Of a stretch of 64,000 nucleotides of DNA, positions 1 through 9,602 are shown piece after piece. A program made the translations under genes and the position numbers. Within the stretch, counting starts at the first letter, position 1. The number at the start of each line of letters is the position of its first letter. Under the pieces are notes generated by a model that ran no database searches, had not been told where the DNA came from, and saw only the letters and a list, made by a program, of their open reading frames with translations. The DNA is from Polyangiales bacterium (GTDB lineage Bacteria > Myxococcota_A > Polyangia > Polyangiales > Polyangiaceae): contig JBBRLQ010000034.1 in the NCBI GenBank assembly GCA_038231275.1, forward strand, positions 1 through 64,000. The letters run 5' to 3'.

Positions 1-2582
1 ACATCATGGCCTCGAACTTGACCAAGCAGGTGCGCGGCATCGTCAAGGTCGTCACCGCCGTCGCGAACGGCGACTTGAGCCAGAAGTTTGTTCTCGAAGC
101 GAAGGGCGAGGTCGCCGCGCTCGCCGAGACGATCAACAACATGACCGACACGCTCCGCATCTTCGCGGCGCAGGTCACCGAGGTCGCGCGCGACGTCGGC
201 ATCGAGGGCAAGCTCGGCGGCCAGGCCAACGTGCCCGGCGCGTCCGGCGTGTGGAAGGACCTGACCGACAACGTCAACGTCATGGCCTCGAACCTGACGA
301 AGCAGGTGCGCGGCATCGTCAAGGTCATCACCGCCGTCGCCGACGGAGACTTGCAGCAGAAGTTCGTCCTCGAAGCGAAGGGCGAGGTCGCCGCGGTCGC
401 CGAGACGATCAACAACATGACCGACACGCTCCGAACCTTCTCCGATCAGGTCACCACGGTGGCCCGCGAAGTAGGAATCGAAGGGAAATTGGGCGGTCAG
501 GCGAAGGTCCCGCGCGCCGCCGGCACGTGGCGCGACTTGACCGACAACGTCAACCAGCTCGCAGGGAACCTGACGAGCCAGGTGCGCGCGATCGCCGAGG
601 TCTCCACCGCCGTCGCGAAGGGCGATCTCACCCGGTCGATCACCGTCGAAGCGCAGGGCGAGGTCGCCGCGCTCAAGGACAACATCAACCAGATGATCGG
701 CAACCTGAAGGACACGACGCACAAGAACCAGGAGCAGGACTGGCTGAAGACCAACCTCGCGCGGTTCAGCGGCATGATGCAGGGCCAGAGGAGCATCACC
801 TCGGTCGCGCAGCTCATCGTGAGCGAGCTGACCCCGCTCGTCGACGCGCAGCACGGCTCCGTCTACATCATGGACGCCGAGCCCGAGCCGTCCCTCCACC
901 TCATCGCGAGCTACGGCTTCGGTGGGCGTAAGAGCTTGTCCTCGTCGTACAGGATGAAGGAGACGCTCATCGGGCAGTGCGCGTTCGAGAAGAAGCGCAT
1001 CCTGCTCACGTCGGTCCCGCACGACTTCATCTCGATCGCGACGGGGATGGGCGAGTCGGCGCCGCGCTACGTCGTCGTCCTGCCGGTGCTCTTCGAGGGG
1101 GAGACGCGCGCGGTCATCGAGCTCGCGTCGTTCCACCAGTTCTCGTCCAACTACCTGACCTTCCTCGACCAGCTCATGGCGTCGGTCGGCGTCATCCTGA
1201 ACATGATCTCCTCGAGCATGCGCACCGAGGAGCTCCTCCAGCAGCTCAAGAAGTCCAACGCCGAGCTCGGCGCGCAGGCGACGGAGCTGAACGAGAAGGC
1301 GAAGCTGCTCGAGGTAAAAAACCAGGAGGTCGAGCTCGCGAGCCGCAGCCTGGAGGAGAAGGCGGAGCAGCTCCAGCTCATCTCCAAGTACAAGTCCGAG
1401 TTCCTCGCGAACATGTCGCACGAGCTGCGGACGCCGCTGAACAGCCTCCTCATCTTGTCGCAGACCCTCGCGCAGAACTCCGGCGGCAACCTCACCGAGG
1501 AGCAGGTCAAATTCGCGCAGACGGTGTACTCGTCGGGCCACGATCTGCTCCAGCTGATCAACGAGATCCTGGATCTGTCCAAGGTCGAGGCCGGCAAGAT
1601 GCCGATCGATCCGCGCACGTTCTCGGTCGTCGAGGTCCGTGACTACTTGGAGCAGACGTTCCGGCACGTCGCCGATCAGAAGGGGCTCGTTTTCGACATT
1701 CGCGTCGAGGGCGGCGCTCCGGCGACGCTCTTCAGCGATCCGTCGCGCTTGCAGCAGATCCTGAAGAACCTGCTCTCCAACGCGTTCAAGTTCACCGCGG
1801 AGGGGAGCGTCGCGCTCATCATCAAGCCGACCACGGTCGCCGGCTCCGAGGCGATCAGCTTCGCCGTCCAGGACACCGGCATCGGCATCCCCGCCGAAAA
1901 GCAGAAGCTCGTCTTCGAGGCGTTCCAGCAGGCCGACGGCACGACGAGCCGCAAATACGGCGGCACCGGCCTCGGCCTCACGATCAGCCGCGAGATCGCG
2001 CGCCTGCTTGGTGGCTCCATCGACGTCGTGAGCGCGCCCGACAAGGGCAGCACCTTCACGCTCACGATGCCCGCCACGTACGGGGGCGCCGACGCCGTCC
2101 ACAAGGACGAGCGCGCGACCGAGTCGGTGCCGGAGCCCGAGGTTCCGCCGCTCCCCGCCAACGCCGATTTCCACGGTCGCAAGGTGCTCATCGTCGACGA
2201 CGACGGCCGAAACCTCTTCGCGATCGAGAGCATCCTGAAGGCGCGCAAGATGAAGGTCCTGCACGCGGCGAATGGGAAAATCGCGATCGAAATGCTCCAG
2301 ACGCATCACGACGTCGACGCGGTCCTGATGGACACGATGATGCCGGAGATGGACGGCTTGGAGGCGACGCGCGCGATCCGTGACATCTTGCAGTTCCAGT
2401 CGCTCCCGATCATCTCGCTCACGGCCAAGGCCATGAAGGGCGATCGCGAGAAGGCGTTGGCGGCGGGCGCCTCCGACTACGTGACCAAGCCGGTCAATCC
2501 CGACAAGCTCCTCGCGATCCTCTACGCGTGGATGAGCAAGAACCCGCGGGCGGGGGCGTCGTCTTCGATGAACGCGGAATGA
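1..2582 (+). CDS. Poly-HAMP hybrid sensor histidine kinase (HAMP repeats-GAF-HisKA-HATPase-REC); 5' end lies outside the window
   Basis: Tandem ~92-aa HAMP repeats, H-box FLANMSHELRTPLN, N-box QILKNLLSNAFKFT, G-boxes DTGIGI and GGTGLGL, C-terminal receiver (LIVDDD...LMDTMMP...KP). Confidence 0.95.
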   Translation, partial: IMASNLTKQVRGIVKVVTAVANGDLSQKFVLEAKGEVAALAETINNMTDTLRIFAAQVTEVARDVGIEGKLGGQANVPGASGVWKDLTDNVNVMASNLTKQVRGIVKVITAVADGDLQQKFVLEAKGEVAAVAETINNMTDTLRTFSDQVTTVAREVGIEGKLGGQAKVPRAAGTWRDLTDNVNQLAGNLTSQVRAIAEVSTAVAKGDLTRSITVEAQGEVAALKDNINQMIGNLKDTTHKNQEQDWLKTNLARFSGMMQGQRSITSVAQLIVSELTPLVDAQHGSVYIMDAEPEPSLHLIASYGFGGRKSLSSSYRMKETLIGQCAFEKKRILLTSVPHDFISIATGMGESAPRYVVVLPVLFEGETRAVIELASFHQFSSNYLTFLDQLMASVGVILNMISSSMRTEELLQQLKKSNAELGAQATELNEKAKLLEVKNQEVELASRSLEEKAEQLQLISKYKSEFLANMSHELRTPLNSLLILSQTLAQNSGGNLTEEQVKFAQTVYSSGHDLLQLINEILDLSKVEAGKMPIDPRTFSVVEVRDYLEQTFRHVADQKGLVFDIRVEGGAPATLFSDPSRLQQILKNLLSNAFKFTAEGSVALIIKPTTVAGSEAISFAVQDTGIGIPAEKQKLVFEAFQQADGTTSRKYGGTGLGLTISREIARLLGGSIDVVSAPDKGSTFTLTMPATYGGADAVHKDERATESVPEPEVPPLPANADFHGRKVLIVDDDGRNLFAIESILKARKMKVLHAANGKIAIEMLQTHHDVDAVLMDTMMPEMDGLEATRAIRDILQFQSLPIISLTAKAMKGDREKALAAGASDYVTKPVNPDKLLAILYAWMSKNPRAGASSSMNAE
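5..560 (+). repeat. 276-bp-period intragenic repeat encoding HAMP units
   Basis: catggcctcgaac(t/c)tgac(c/g)aagcaggtgcgcggcatcgtcaaggtc at ~5 and ~281; a more diverged third copy follows. Confidence 0.85.
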
Positions 2583-4294
2583 GCGCTGAGCGAACGGAAG
2601 AGGAGCCGGTCGCGAGCGTCCTCATCGTGGACGACTCGCCCGCGAACCTGATCGCATTGGGCGCGGTCCTGAAGCCGCTCGGCGTGCGCGTCGTCGAGGC
2701 CACGTCAGGCGCCAAGGCGCTCGAGTGCGTGGCGAGCGAGACGTTCGCGGTCGTCCTCCTCGACGTGCAGATGCCGACGATGGACGGCTTCGAAGTCGCG
2801 AAGAGGATCCGCGCATCCGACAAGCCCGAGCTGCCGATCATCTTCCTGACCGCCATCCATCGCGACGAGGCGTTTGCGCGGAAGGGCTACGCCACCGGCG
2901 CGGCGGACTACATCACCAAGCCCTTCGACGCCGACGTCCTGCGCGCCCGGGTGAAGGCGTTCGTCGATCTGTTCCACCAGCGCGAGCGCCTGCGCATGCG
3001 CGAGGTCGGGGCGCGGACGCGCGAGCGCGACGAGGCGATGGCCCGGCTCGCCGAGCTCCTCGAGAGCGAGCGGCAGGCGCGGCGCGAGGCGGAGATCGCC
3101 AACCACGCGAAGGACGAGTTCTTGGCGACGGTGTCGCACGAGCTCCGCACGCCGCTGAACGCGATCCTGGGGTGGGCCGTCATCGCGCGGCGTGCCACCA
3201 AGGAGCCCGACGTGCAGCAGGCGCTCGCGACGATCGAGCGCAACGCGCGGGCGCAGACGCGGATCATCGAAGACGTGCTCGACGTAGGGCGCATCATCAG
3301 CGGCAAGCTCCGGCTCGAGATCGCGCCGGTGAAGGTGAGCGACACGATCGACGGCGCGGTCCAGGCGCTGCGCCCCGCGGCCGACGCCAAGGCCGTGCGG
3401 TTCGTGGTCGAGGTGGACGACGACGTGGGCATCATCGCGGCCGACGTCGACCGGCTGCAGCAGGTCATTTGGAACGTCCTGTCGAACGCGATCAAGTTCA
3501 CCCCCAAAGGCGGGGCGGTCGCGCTTCGTGCCATGCGCGCGCAGTCCGACCTCGTCATCACCGTGACCGACACGGGGCAGGGCATCCGGCCGGAGTTCTT
3601 GGGGCACCTCTTCGAGCCGTTCCGCCAGGCCGACGGGTCCACGACGCGACGTCACGGCGGGCTCGGGCTCGGCCTCGCGATCGTGAAGCAGCTCGTGCAA
3701 GCGCACGGCGGCCGCATCGTCGCGCACAGCGAAGGCGAGGGGCTCGGCTCCACGTTCACGATCACGTTGCCCGTGCGACCCAGCACGGCCCCGCCAGCCG
3801 AGCGTCGTCACATCACGCCGGTACCGACGCCGCAGCAGCCGGGGGTGCAAGACGTCGTCAACGGGCGCCTCGACGGAATGCGCGTGCTCGTGGTCGACGA
3901 CGACGAGGACGCCCGGGCGCTCATGCAACGTGTGCTCACCGATCAGGGCGCGGCGGTGACCCTCGCCGCGTCCGCCGAGATCGGCCTCCGCGAGCTCGAG
4001 CGCGTGCGTCCCGACGTGCTCGTGAGCGACATCGGCATGCCCGAGGTCGACGGGTACACCTTCATCCGCACCGTGCGCGGCCTCCCCGCCGATCGCGGAG
4101 GCCGCACGCCTGCCATCGCGATCACGGCGTACGCGAGGGAGGAGGACAGCGAGCGGGCCGTCTCGACGGGGTTCCAGGCGTACATGTCGAAGCCCGTCGA
4201 TCCCACGCGGCTCATCTCGCTCGCGGCGAGCTTCTCTCCCGCTGCTCCTCCCGCTCCCGCCGGAACCGCGGCTGCCGACGCCAGGAGCACCTAG
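2579..4294 (+). CDS. Hybrid response regulator/histidine kinase (REC-HisKA-HATPase-REC)
   Basis: ATGA overlap with upstream stop; LIVDDSPAN receiver, FLATVSHELRTPLN H-box, GGLGLGL, second receiver LVVDDDED. Confidence 0.93.
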   Translation: MSAERTEEEPVASVLIVDDSPANLIALGAVLKPLGVRVVEATSGAKALECVASETFAVVLLDVQMPTMDGFEVAKRIRASDKPELPIIFLTAIHRDEAFARKGYATGAADYITKPFDADVLRARVKAFVDLFHQRERLRMREVGARTRERDEAMARLAELLESERQARREAEIANHAKDEFLATVSHELRTPLNAILGWAVIARRATKEPDVQQALATIERNARAQTRIIEDVLDVGRIISGKLRLEIAPVKVSDTIDGAVQALRPAADAKAVRFVVEVDDDVGIIAADVDRLQQVIWNVLSNAIKFTPKGGAVALRAMRAQSDLVITVTDTGQGIRPEFLGHLFEPFRQADGSTTRRHGGLGLGLAIVKQLVQAHGGRIVAHSEGEGLGSTFTITLPVRPSTAPPAERRHITPVPTPQQPGVQDVVNGRLDGMRVLVVDDDEDARALMQRVLTDQGAAVTLAASAEIGLRELERVRPDVLVSDIGMPEVDGYTFIRTVRGLPADRGGRTPAIAITAYAREEDSERAVSTGFQAYMSKPVDPTRLISLAASFSPAAPPAPAGTAAADARST

Positions 4295-4900
4295 ATGGCA
4301 CCTTCCGCGACAGGGACGCGTTCGCCGCTCCTCGAGGCGGTCGCGCACCTCGAGGACGAGCTCAAGAAGTACGAGACCCTCACCGCCGATATCGAGCGTA
4401 CGCCCATCAGCTCGGAGAAGACGCTCGTGCGCGCCGTGAAGGCCGTGAACGAGGCGGCCGCCTCGCGCGAGCGGCTGGGGACATGGGTCGGTGCGCTCTC
4501 GCAGGCGATGAACGATGTCCGCCTGCGGCAGGAGGCGTCCCTCCTCAAGATGGCCGAGGCCGCGCAGCACGTGAGCGAGCGCGCGCAAGCGTTCCAAGCG
4601 CTCCTTACGCGCTACGCGAGCCTCGGGGAGGTCGCCAAGGGGCTCAACATCCGCGCCGCGAGCATCGCCGAGCGTCGCGCTGACGGCGCCGAGTCGGGCG
4701 AGGTGTACGAGTCCGTCGGCGAGCTCCTCACCGGAATGGATCAGGCGATCGACGAAGCGGACGCCGTCTCGTCCGCGGCGAAGGAGTCTGCGTTCGAGCA
4801 AATCGCGCGCGACGCGGACGCCCTTCGCCAGCAGATGGCCTCGGCGCGCAACCGCCTCAACCTCGCGCAAAAGACGCTCGCCGAGCGCGCGCCCTCCTGA
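4295..4900 (+). CDS. Hypothetical all-helical/coiled-coil protein
   Basis: ATG immediately follows the upstream TAG; Ala/Glu-rich helical sequence with typical GC3 bias. Confidence 0.75.
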   Translation: MAPSATGTRSPLLEAVAHLEDELKKYETLTADIERTPISSEKTLVRAVKAVNEAAASRERLGTWVGALSQAMNDVRLRQEASLLKMAEAAQHVSERAQAFQALLTRYASLGEVAKGLNIRAASIAERRADGAESGEVYESVGELLTGMDQAIDEADAVSSAAKESAFEQIARDADALRQQMASARNRLNLAQKTLAERAPS

Positions 4901-4931
4901 GCTCGCCACGCGCGCGCGGCGTGTGCTTTCG

Positions 4932-5288
4932 TCAGTAGTTCGCGAGGACGGCGCTGACGACCTGGGCTTTGAGGCCTCGGTACTCGACGCGCAACGTCGT
5001 CACGCCGAGACCGCCCGCGATGACGAGGCCCGTCTCGGTCACCGAGAGCACGCTCGTGTCGCCCGACGTGAAGCGCGCCTCGGCCTCGTGACTGACGTCG
5101 CGCGAGGTGCCGTCGGCGAAGCGCGCGATGACTTGCGCCCGCACCGACTCTCCTCTCTTCATCGCCAGGACGTCGGGGAGAATTTCGAGAGACGTGGCTG
5201 GGCTCTGGTCCTCCTCGTGCTCGTGCGGACCTCGGCCCCCGACGAACGCGGCGAGGGAGCTGGTTCCGAGGCGGGAATGAATGGCCAT
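4932..5288 (-). CDS. Small Ig-like (Big_2-type) domain protein
   Basis: A-x-F-x-DGTSRDVS...FTSGDTSVLSV..GLV.A.GLG.TT pattern; GGAGG RBS before ATG 5288. Confidence 0.65.
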   Translation of the reverse strand: MAIHSRLGTSSLAAFVGGRGPHEHEEDQSPATSLEILPDVLAMKRGESVRAQVIARFADGTSRDVSHEAEARFTSGDTSVLSVTETGLVIAGGLGVTTLRVEYRGLKAQVVSAVLANY

Positions 5289-5328
5289 GACGAGGACCTC
5301 CGAGTCGTTGGGTCGTTGATGAAGCAGC

Positions 5329-5345
5329 AGCAAGTCACGTGCCTA
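5329..5345 (-). promoter_or_regulatory. Putative sigma54 -24/-12 promoter
   Basis: AGGCACGTGACTTGCT (GG-N10-GC, close to consensus TGGCACG-N4-TTGC). Confidence 0.65.
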
Positions 5346-5496
5346 CAGTTCCTGACCGCGCTTGGAGCAGCGAAATGCGCCGAGCGGCGGGCCGCTCGAA
5401 GTCGCGCTAGGCGACGAAGATCGGCGCCTTCTTGTTCCGCACTGCCGCCACGCGCGTGGCGTTCATGCGGGGCCGCGATGTTCCGAGCGTTTGCGC

Positions 5497-5991
5497 TCAG
5501 CGAGGGAGCGCAGTGCCGCCCTGGCAAACGCCGTCGACGCACGCGAGGCCGTTGCAGGCCCCGCCGCACTTTCCGCAGTTGGCCATGTCGCTCGTGAGGA
5601 GTGCCTCGCAGCCGTTGCTGGGGTCCTTGTCACAGTCGGCGTGGAACGAAAGGCACGTGAAGCTGCACGATTTGCCGTCGCATCGCGGCTCGGCCCACGG
5701 GCCCACGCGGCAGGGCGTGCACGAATCTCCGCACGTCGCGATGTTCGTGTCGTCGGAGCAGGTCCCTTGGCAGTCGTGAAAGCCGGCCCCGCACGCGGCG
5801 TCCGCGGCGCTCGCGTCCGCAGCGCTCGCCTCTTCGCCGGCGGTGCCGGCGTCCGTCGCGATGACCACGACCGGCGTGGGCTCGGCAGGCGCGCCAGGCG
5901 AGGTCGTCGCGGCGCTGCTGCACCCGCACCACGCAAGCGACAGCGCAGCCGAGACGATTCCCATCGCGACCGAACGGCAAGAGGGTTTCAT
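5497..5991 (-). CDS. Cys-rich secreted/lipoprotein
   Basis: Signal peptide with Cys, D/A-rich linker, repeats such as DCDKDPSNGCE and NCGKCGGAC. Confidence 0.75.
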   Translation of the reverse strand: MKPSCRSVAMGIVSAALSLAWCGCSSAATTSPGAPAEPTPVVVIATDAGTAGEEASAADASAADAACGAGFHDCQGTCSDDTNIATCGDSCTPCRVGPWAEPRCDGKSCSFTCLSFHADCDKDPSNGCEALLTSDMANCGKCGGACNGLACVDGVCQGGTALPR

Positions 5992-6037
5992 CGTGACCTC
6001 CCCCGATGCGATTGTCGGGCCACGGCTCCGGAGCAGC

Positions 6038-7750
6038 TCAGGGCGAGCCGTACCGTAGATCGAGCAGCAAGTCGGTCACCTTCTCCTGACGCGGCTCCGC
6101 GCCGAGGACCTTCTTCACGCGGGCGCGAAGCTCGGCCGCCGACATCGATGCATTCCCGACGATGAGCGGCACCTCGGAGTCCTTCCGCGAAGGGCTGCCG
6201 TGCCACGAGCGGTAGCGCGCGGCGAAATAGAAGCGCTCCTCTGGCGTCGCGCGATCCCCGTTGTGCGTGATGAGCATGACGTCGCCCGCGCGCTCGCCGT
6301 GAGGCCCGACCGCGAGATCGCGGAGCCGCGCATCGGTGAGCACGTACGTGGGGTGCGGGTGCTCGGCCATCCACTCGGGGACGGGGACGGTCTTTCCGTG
6401 CCCGACGTAGACCTCGAACGGCGCGTCGACTTCGCGGTACGGCTTGGGACGACGCGTCAGGACCAAGTCGAGCGTGCCCTTGAGGTGCGGGACGAGCGAT
6501 CCGTCAAGGTTGTTCCGGTAGAAGGCGTCGGCCAGCGGCAGCACGTCCGCCTCGTAGCGTGGCGGCTTTGTCCAGTCGCAGACGTCCTTCGGGTTGGGGC
6601 ACGTGGAGCGGTCGGCGACGTACGCGTAGGCCGTCGCGCCTCCGTATGCGAGGACCGCGTCGAAGTCGTCCTTGGCCGACACGTCGAGCTGCCGCGGCCG
6701 CACTCGAAATCCCGCGCGCGAAAGGAGCGCAGGCGGGTTCGCTTCGCCGTCGTTCAGCGAGTGAATGTCGTCGTACATCACCTGCGTGTGCCCATGATCG
6801 GAGGTCAACACCACGTAGCGGTTGGCGAGCGCGTCACGGGCTCGGAGGCGCGCGGTCAGGTTTGCCAGCGAAGGCTCCACGACCTCGCGAAGGTAGGCGC
6901 GCCGGGCCGCGTCCGGCCCTTCCTCGGCCACGTGCGCGTACAGATCCGTGCCGATCAGGTACACGGTCAAGACGTCCGGAACCGGGCCTTTCGCGAGCGC
7001 GTTGACGACGACGTTCGTGACGTCCTGATCGACCCGCTGGTACGCCCGGCGGCGATTCTTCTTCTTCGATTCGACAGCGGTCGCAACGTCGTCCACGACC
7101 TCCTCGAACGCCTCGGTGAGCACCGTGGGCCTCGCCACGAGGAGCCTGTCGGCCCCGCTGTAGATCGGGTTCATGGCGACCCACACGAGGACGTTCGAGT
7201 CCCTGAAGCGCATGCGCTCGTAGACGCTCGGCGCCTTGCTGAGCACGTTCATGTAGTCGTCGGTGTAGATCGCGAGCGTCGGCTTCGAGTCGGCGAACGA
7301 GGCGGGCGCCGGCGCCGCGAAGCGGCGGTCCTCGCGGATGAAGAACTCGTTGCCGGTGATCCCGTGGTGCGACGGCGTGACGCCGCTCATCACCGTCGCC
7401 CACGCCGCCATCGTCGACGACGGCATCGTCGACAGCAAATCCGGGGAGAAATACGTGTGCGGGAACTCGCCCTTCTCACCGCCACCGAGGAGCTCCGCGA
7501 GCATCGGCAGCTCTCCCGCGCGCAGCATCTCGTAGACGAGATCGCGATCGATCCCGTCGAGCGCGAGCACGAGGATCGAAGGCTTGTCCGGCGAGCTCTG
7601 CGGCGTCGCGGGATCGCGCTTTCGGAGGAGCTTGTCGTCCCCCTGGGCGACGAAGTCGGCGACCTTCGCCGCGGTGGCGCAGCCGAGACCTCCCGAGGCG
7701 AGCAGCGAAGACGCGAGGACGACGGCGATGCGAGAAAGTAGGGCGTTCAC
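6038..7750 (-). CDS. Alkaline phosphatase superfamily (phosphodiesterase/nucleotide pyrophosphatase-like) lipoprotein
   Basis: LVLALDG, PSSTMAAW..GVTPSHHGITGNEF, DLYAH, LTSDHG and WHGS metal-binding motifs; GTG start followed by a signal peptide. Confidence 0.85.
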   Translation of the reverse strand: MNALLSRIAVVLASSLLASGGLGCATAAKVADFVAQGDDKLLRKRDPATPQSSPDKPSILVLALDGIDRDLVYEMLRAGELPMLAELLGGGEKGEFPHTYFSPDLLSTMPSSTMAAWATVMSGVTPSHHGITGNEFFIREDRRFAAPAPASFADSKPTLAIYTDDYMNVLSKAPSVYERMRFRDSNVLVWVAMNPIYSGADRLLVARPTVLTEAFEEVVDDVATAVESKKKNRRRAYQRVDQDVTNVVVNALAKGPVPDVLTVYLIGTDLYAHVAEEGPDAARRAYLREVVEPSLANLTARLRARDALANRYVVLTSDHGHTQVMYDDIHSLNDGEANPPALLSRAGFRVRPRQLDVSAKDDFDAVLAYGGATAYAYVADRSTCPNPKDVCDWTKPPRYEADVLPLADAFYRNNLDGSLVPHLKGTLDLVLTRRPKPYREVDAPFEVYVGHGKTVPVPEWMAEHPHPTYVLTDARLRDLAVGPHGERAGDVMLITHNGDRATPEERFYFAARYRSWHGSPSRKDSEVPLIVGNASMSAAELRARVKKVLGAEPRQEKVTDLLLDLRYGSP

Positions 7751-7762
7751 GCGTGCGTGAGG

Positions 7763-7779
7763 TGCAGCATTTGCGCCAA
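7763..7779 (-). promoter_or_regulatory. Putative sigma54 promoter of the phosphatase gene
   Basis: TGGCGCAAATGCTGCA; start codon 14 nt downstream of the conserved C. Confidence 0.55.
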
Positions 7780-7876
7780 TGGACCGGCTCGCAAACTCGC
7801 CACAGGGCGGTGCGCCGTTGCAACGCGGATCGCGTTGCGCGGCGCGTTCGGCGTCGGTTGCCGCAGGAAATCCGCC

Positions 7877-7892
7877 TGGCACGTGTCTCGCA
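7877..7892 (+). promoter_or_regulatory. Putative sigma54 promoter
   Basis: TGGCACGTGTCTCGCA (GG-N10-GC) upstream of the 7946 gene. Confidence 0.55.
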
Positions 7893-7945
7893 GAATCGTC
7901 CTCACGGCGCGAGAACTCGTTGGACGAACCACGGAGGTCGGCAAG

Positions 7946-8206
7946 ATGAAACGGCTCGCTATCGCATCGACTGCAACGGTTTCCTACGACGAGGCACGCG
8001 CCTACCTGGGCGCCGCGCGCGGAGACGAGCTCGCTGCTGCCATCGAGCTCGCCCGGGACCGCAACACGCTCGACGGAGCTGGCGCCGAGCCCGACGACAT
8101 GGACGTGCACCACGCCCTCTACTTGATTCGGCGCGCGCAGGGTCTCGCGGCCCCGAGCTTCGACGAGATGCGGGTCGCGCTGCGGCGAGTGAACCACGCG
8201 GCCTGA
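7946..8206 (+). CDS. Small hypothetical helical protein (86 aa)
   Basis: GGAGG RBS, ATG 7946, coding-like codon bias. Confidence 0.7.
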   Translation: MKRLAIASTATVSYDEARAYLGAARGDELAAAIELARDRNTLDGAGAEPDDMDVHHALYLIRRAQGLAAPSFDEMRVALRRVNHAA

Positions 8207-8261
8207 CGCGCGCTTCAGCAGGCACGTCGACGGCACCGCGTTGATGGCGCCGTGGCGCCCA

Positions 8262-9029
8262 TTAGTGGAGGCTCCCGGCGAGCGTGACGGTGTTCTGGAT
8301 GCGGAACGTACCGGCGCTCGAGGATGCGCCGTAGCCGTAGACACGGATCTCGACGAGACCGGTCGCGTTGATCCCCGTGAGGGCGACCGTCGGCGAAGTC
8401 GACGCCCCAAACGTGCCTCGATGCGTGGCGAACGCGTCGACGCTGGTGGCGACGTCGCCGAAGGTGGGGCCGGACGACGACGCCTTCAGGTCGAGCGCGA
8501 GGGATGCGAGCGACAGCGTGCAGCCGGCCGGCGCGGTCACCTTGAGCGTGTAGTAGAGGAGCGGGCTCTCGACGAGCAGCCAGCCGCTCGAGTTGATCGA
8601 GCCGGACCCCGCGACCGCCGCGAGGCCCACCGAGCGCGTCAGAGCACCCGCGCTCACACCGGGCGCGGACGACTTCGCCGTGGCGCTCGCCTCGCTCCCC
8701 GACTCGGCGCTGAGATCGTAGGTGACGATCGCTCCCGCGAACGGCGTCGTGCATGCGCCACTCTCGACCGGCGGAGAGTCCACGCCGGTGTCGCTCGGGG
8801 GCGTCCCGGAGTCGGCGCTCGCCGTGTCGGGCGCGGCCGAGTCGACGGGCTCCGAAGAGTCGGTGCCCTCTCCGGCGTCGCGAGGAGGCGCGCGATCGCT
8901 CACCGATCCATCGTCGGTGCCGGCGTCGGCATCGAGCTCCGCGTCGGTCGTCGTCGAGCCCACCGCGCACGCGGAGAAGCATGCGGCGGCGCCGAACATG
9001 GCGACGTTGAAGAAAAGGGCGCGGCGCAA
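8262..9029 (-). CDS. Putative lipoprotein (acidic linker plus beta-rich domain)
   Basis: Signal peptide ending FSAC, D/S/T-rich linker, beta-strand-rich C-terminus. Confidence 0.7.
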   Translation of the reverse strand: MRRALFFNVAMFGAAACFSACAVGSTTTDAELDADAGTDDGSVSDRAPPRDAGEGTDSSEPVDSAAPDTASADSGTPPSDTGVDSPPVESGACTTPFAGAIVTYDLSAESGSEASATAKSSAPGVSAGALTRSVGLAAVAGSGSINSSGWLLVESPLLYYTLKVTAPAGCTLSLASLALDLKASSSGPTFGDVATSVDAFATHRGTFGASTSPTVALTGINATGLVEIRVYGYGASSSAGTFRIQNTVTLAGSLH

Positions 9030-9044
9030 ACTTCGGACGTGCTC

Positions 9045-9602
9045 CTACTTCGGTTTCTTCTGCAGCGAAGCGAGGGAGGGCAGCACGAAGGCGAGGCCTG
9101 GTGTCGGCGGCGTGAGCAGGAGCGAGGACTGCGCCCTCGTCGGGTGCGGCGGCGCCGACGCGCGCGAGCGTTCCGCGCTCGACACGGTGAGCAGCAGCCG
9201 GTTCGGCGCCGCTTGAATCTCGAGCGGGCCCGCCATCGCCGGGATGCGCCGCAGCGCGCGCGCGAACTCGGTGAGGGGCGCGTGCATCGTGCACCGCGGG
9301 AACAGGCGCTCGCCCATGCCGACGCCGAGGTCTTGGAGCACGTCGAACGTGGTCTTCTCCCCTTCGCCGATCGCGTCCACGTGGAGCCCGCCGTCCAGCC
9401 ACGCGCACTCGGGGGTCGCCATCCGCGCGAACAAGAGGAGGACCAGCGGGGCTCCGGTGGACGGGCGCGAAATCGTGGCCAGGTGCTTCAGGAGCTCCGC
9501 GCAGTCGGCCCGCGCCTCCATGGCCTCCGCGATGTCGGCCCGCTTCAGATCGATGCACCGCTCGATGTCGCTCCAGTCTCGCACGATCTCGAATCCTATC
9601 AC
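9045..9602 (-). CDS. Hypothetical protein
   Basis: GTGA overlap with the methyltransferase stop; coding-like bias. Confidence 0.65.
   Translation of the reverse strand: MIGFEIVRDWSDIERCIDLKRADIAEAMEARADCAELLKHLATISRPSTGAPLVLLLFARMATPECAWLDGGLHVDAIGEGEKTTFDVLQDLGVGMGERLFPRCTMHAPLTEFARALRRIPAMAGPLEIQAAPNRLLLTVSSAERSRASAPPHPTRAQSSLLLTPPTPGLAFVLPSLASLQKKPK

Noticed and set aside
2705..4909. Long antisense and alternate-frame ORFs (e.g. 2705-4909-, 9770-12271+, 31648-34779+, 52403-54592+)
   Set aside because: Shadow ORFs expected at high GC; Arg/Ala/Gly-rich, motif-free and overlapping well-supported genes
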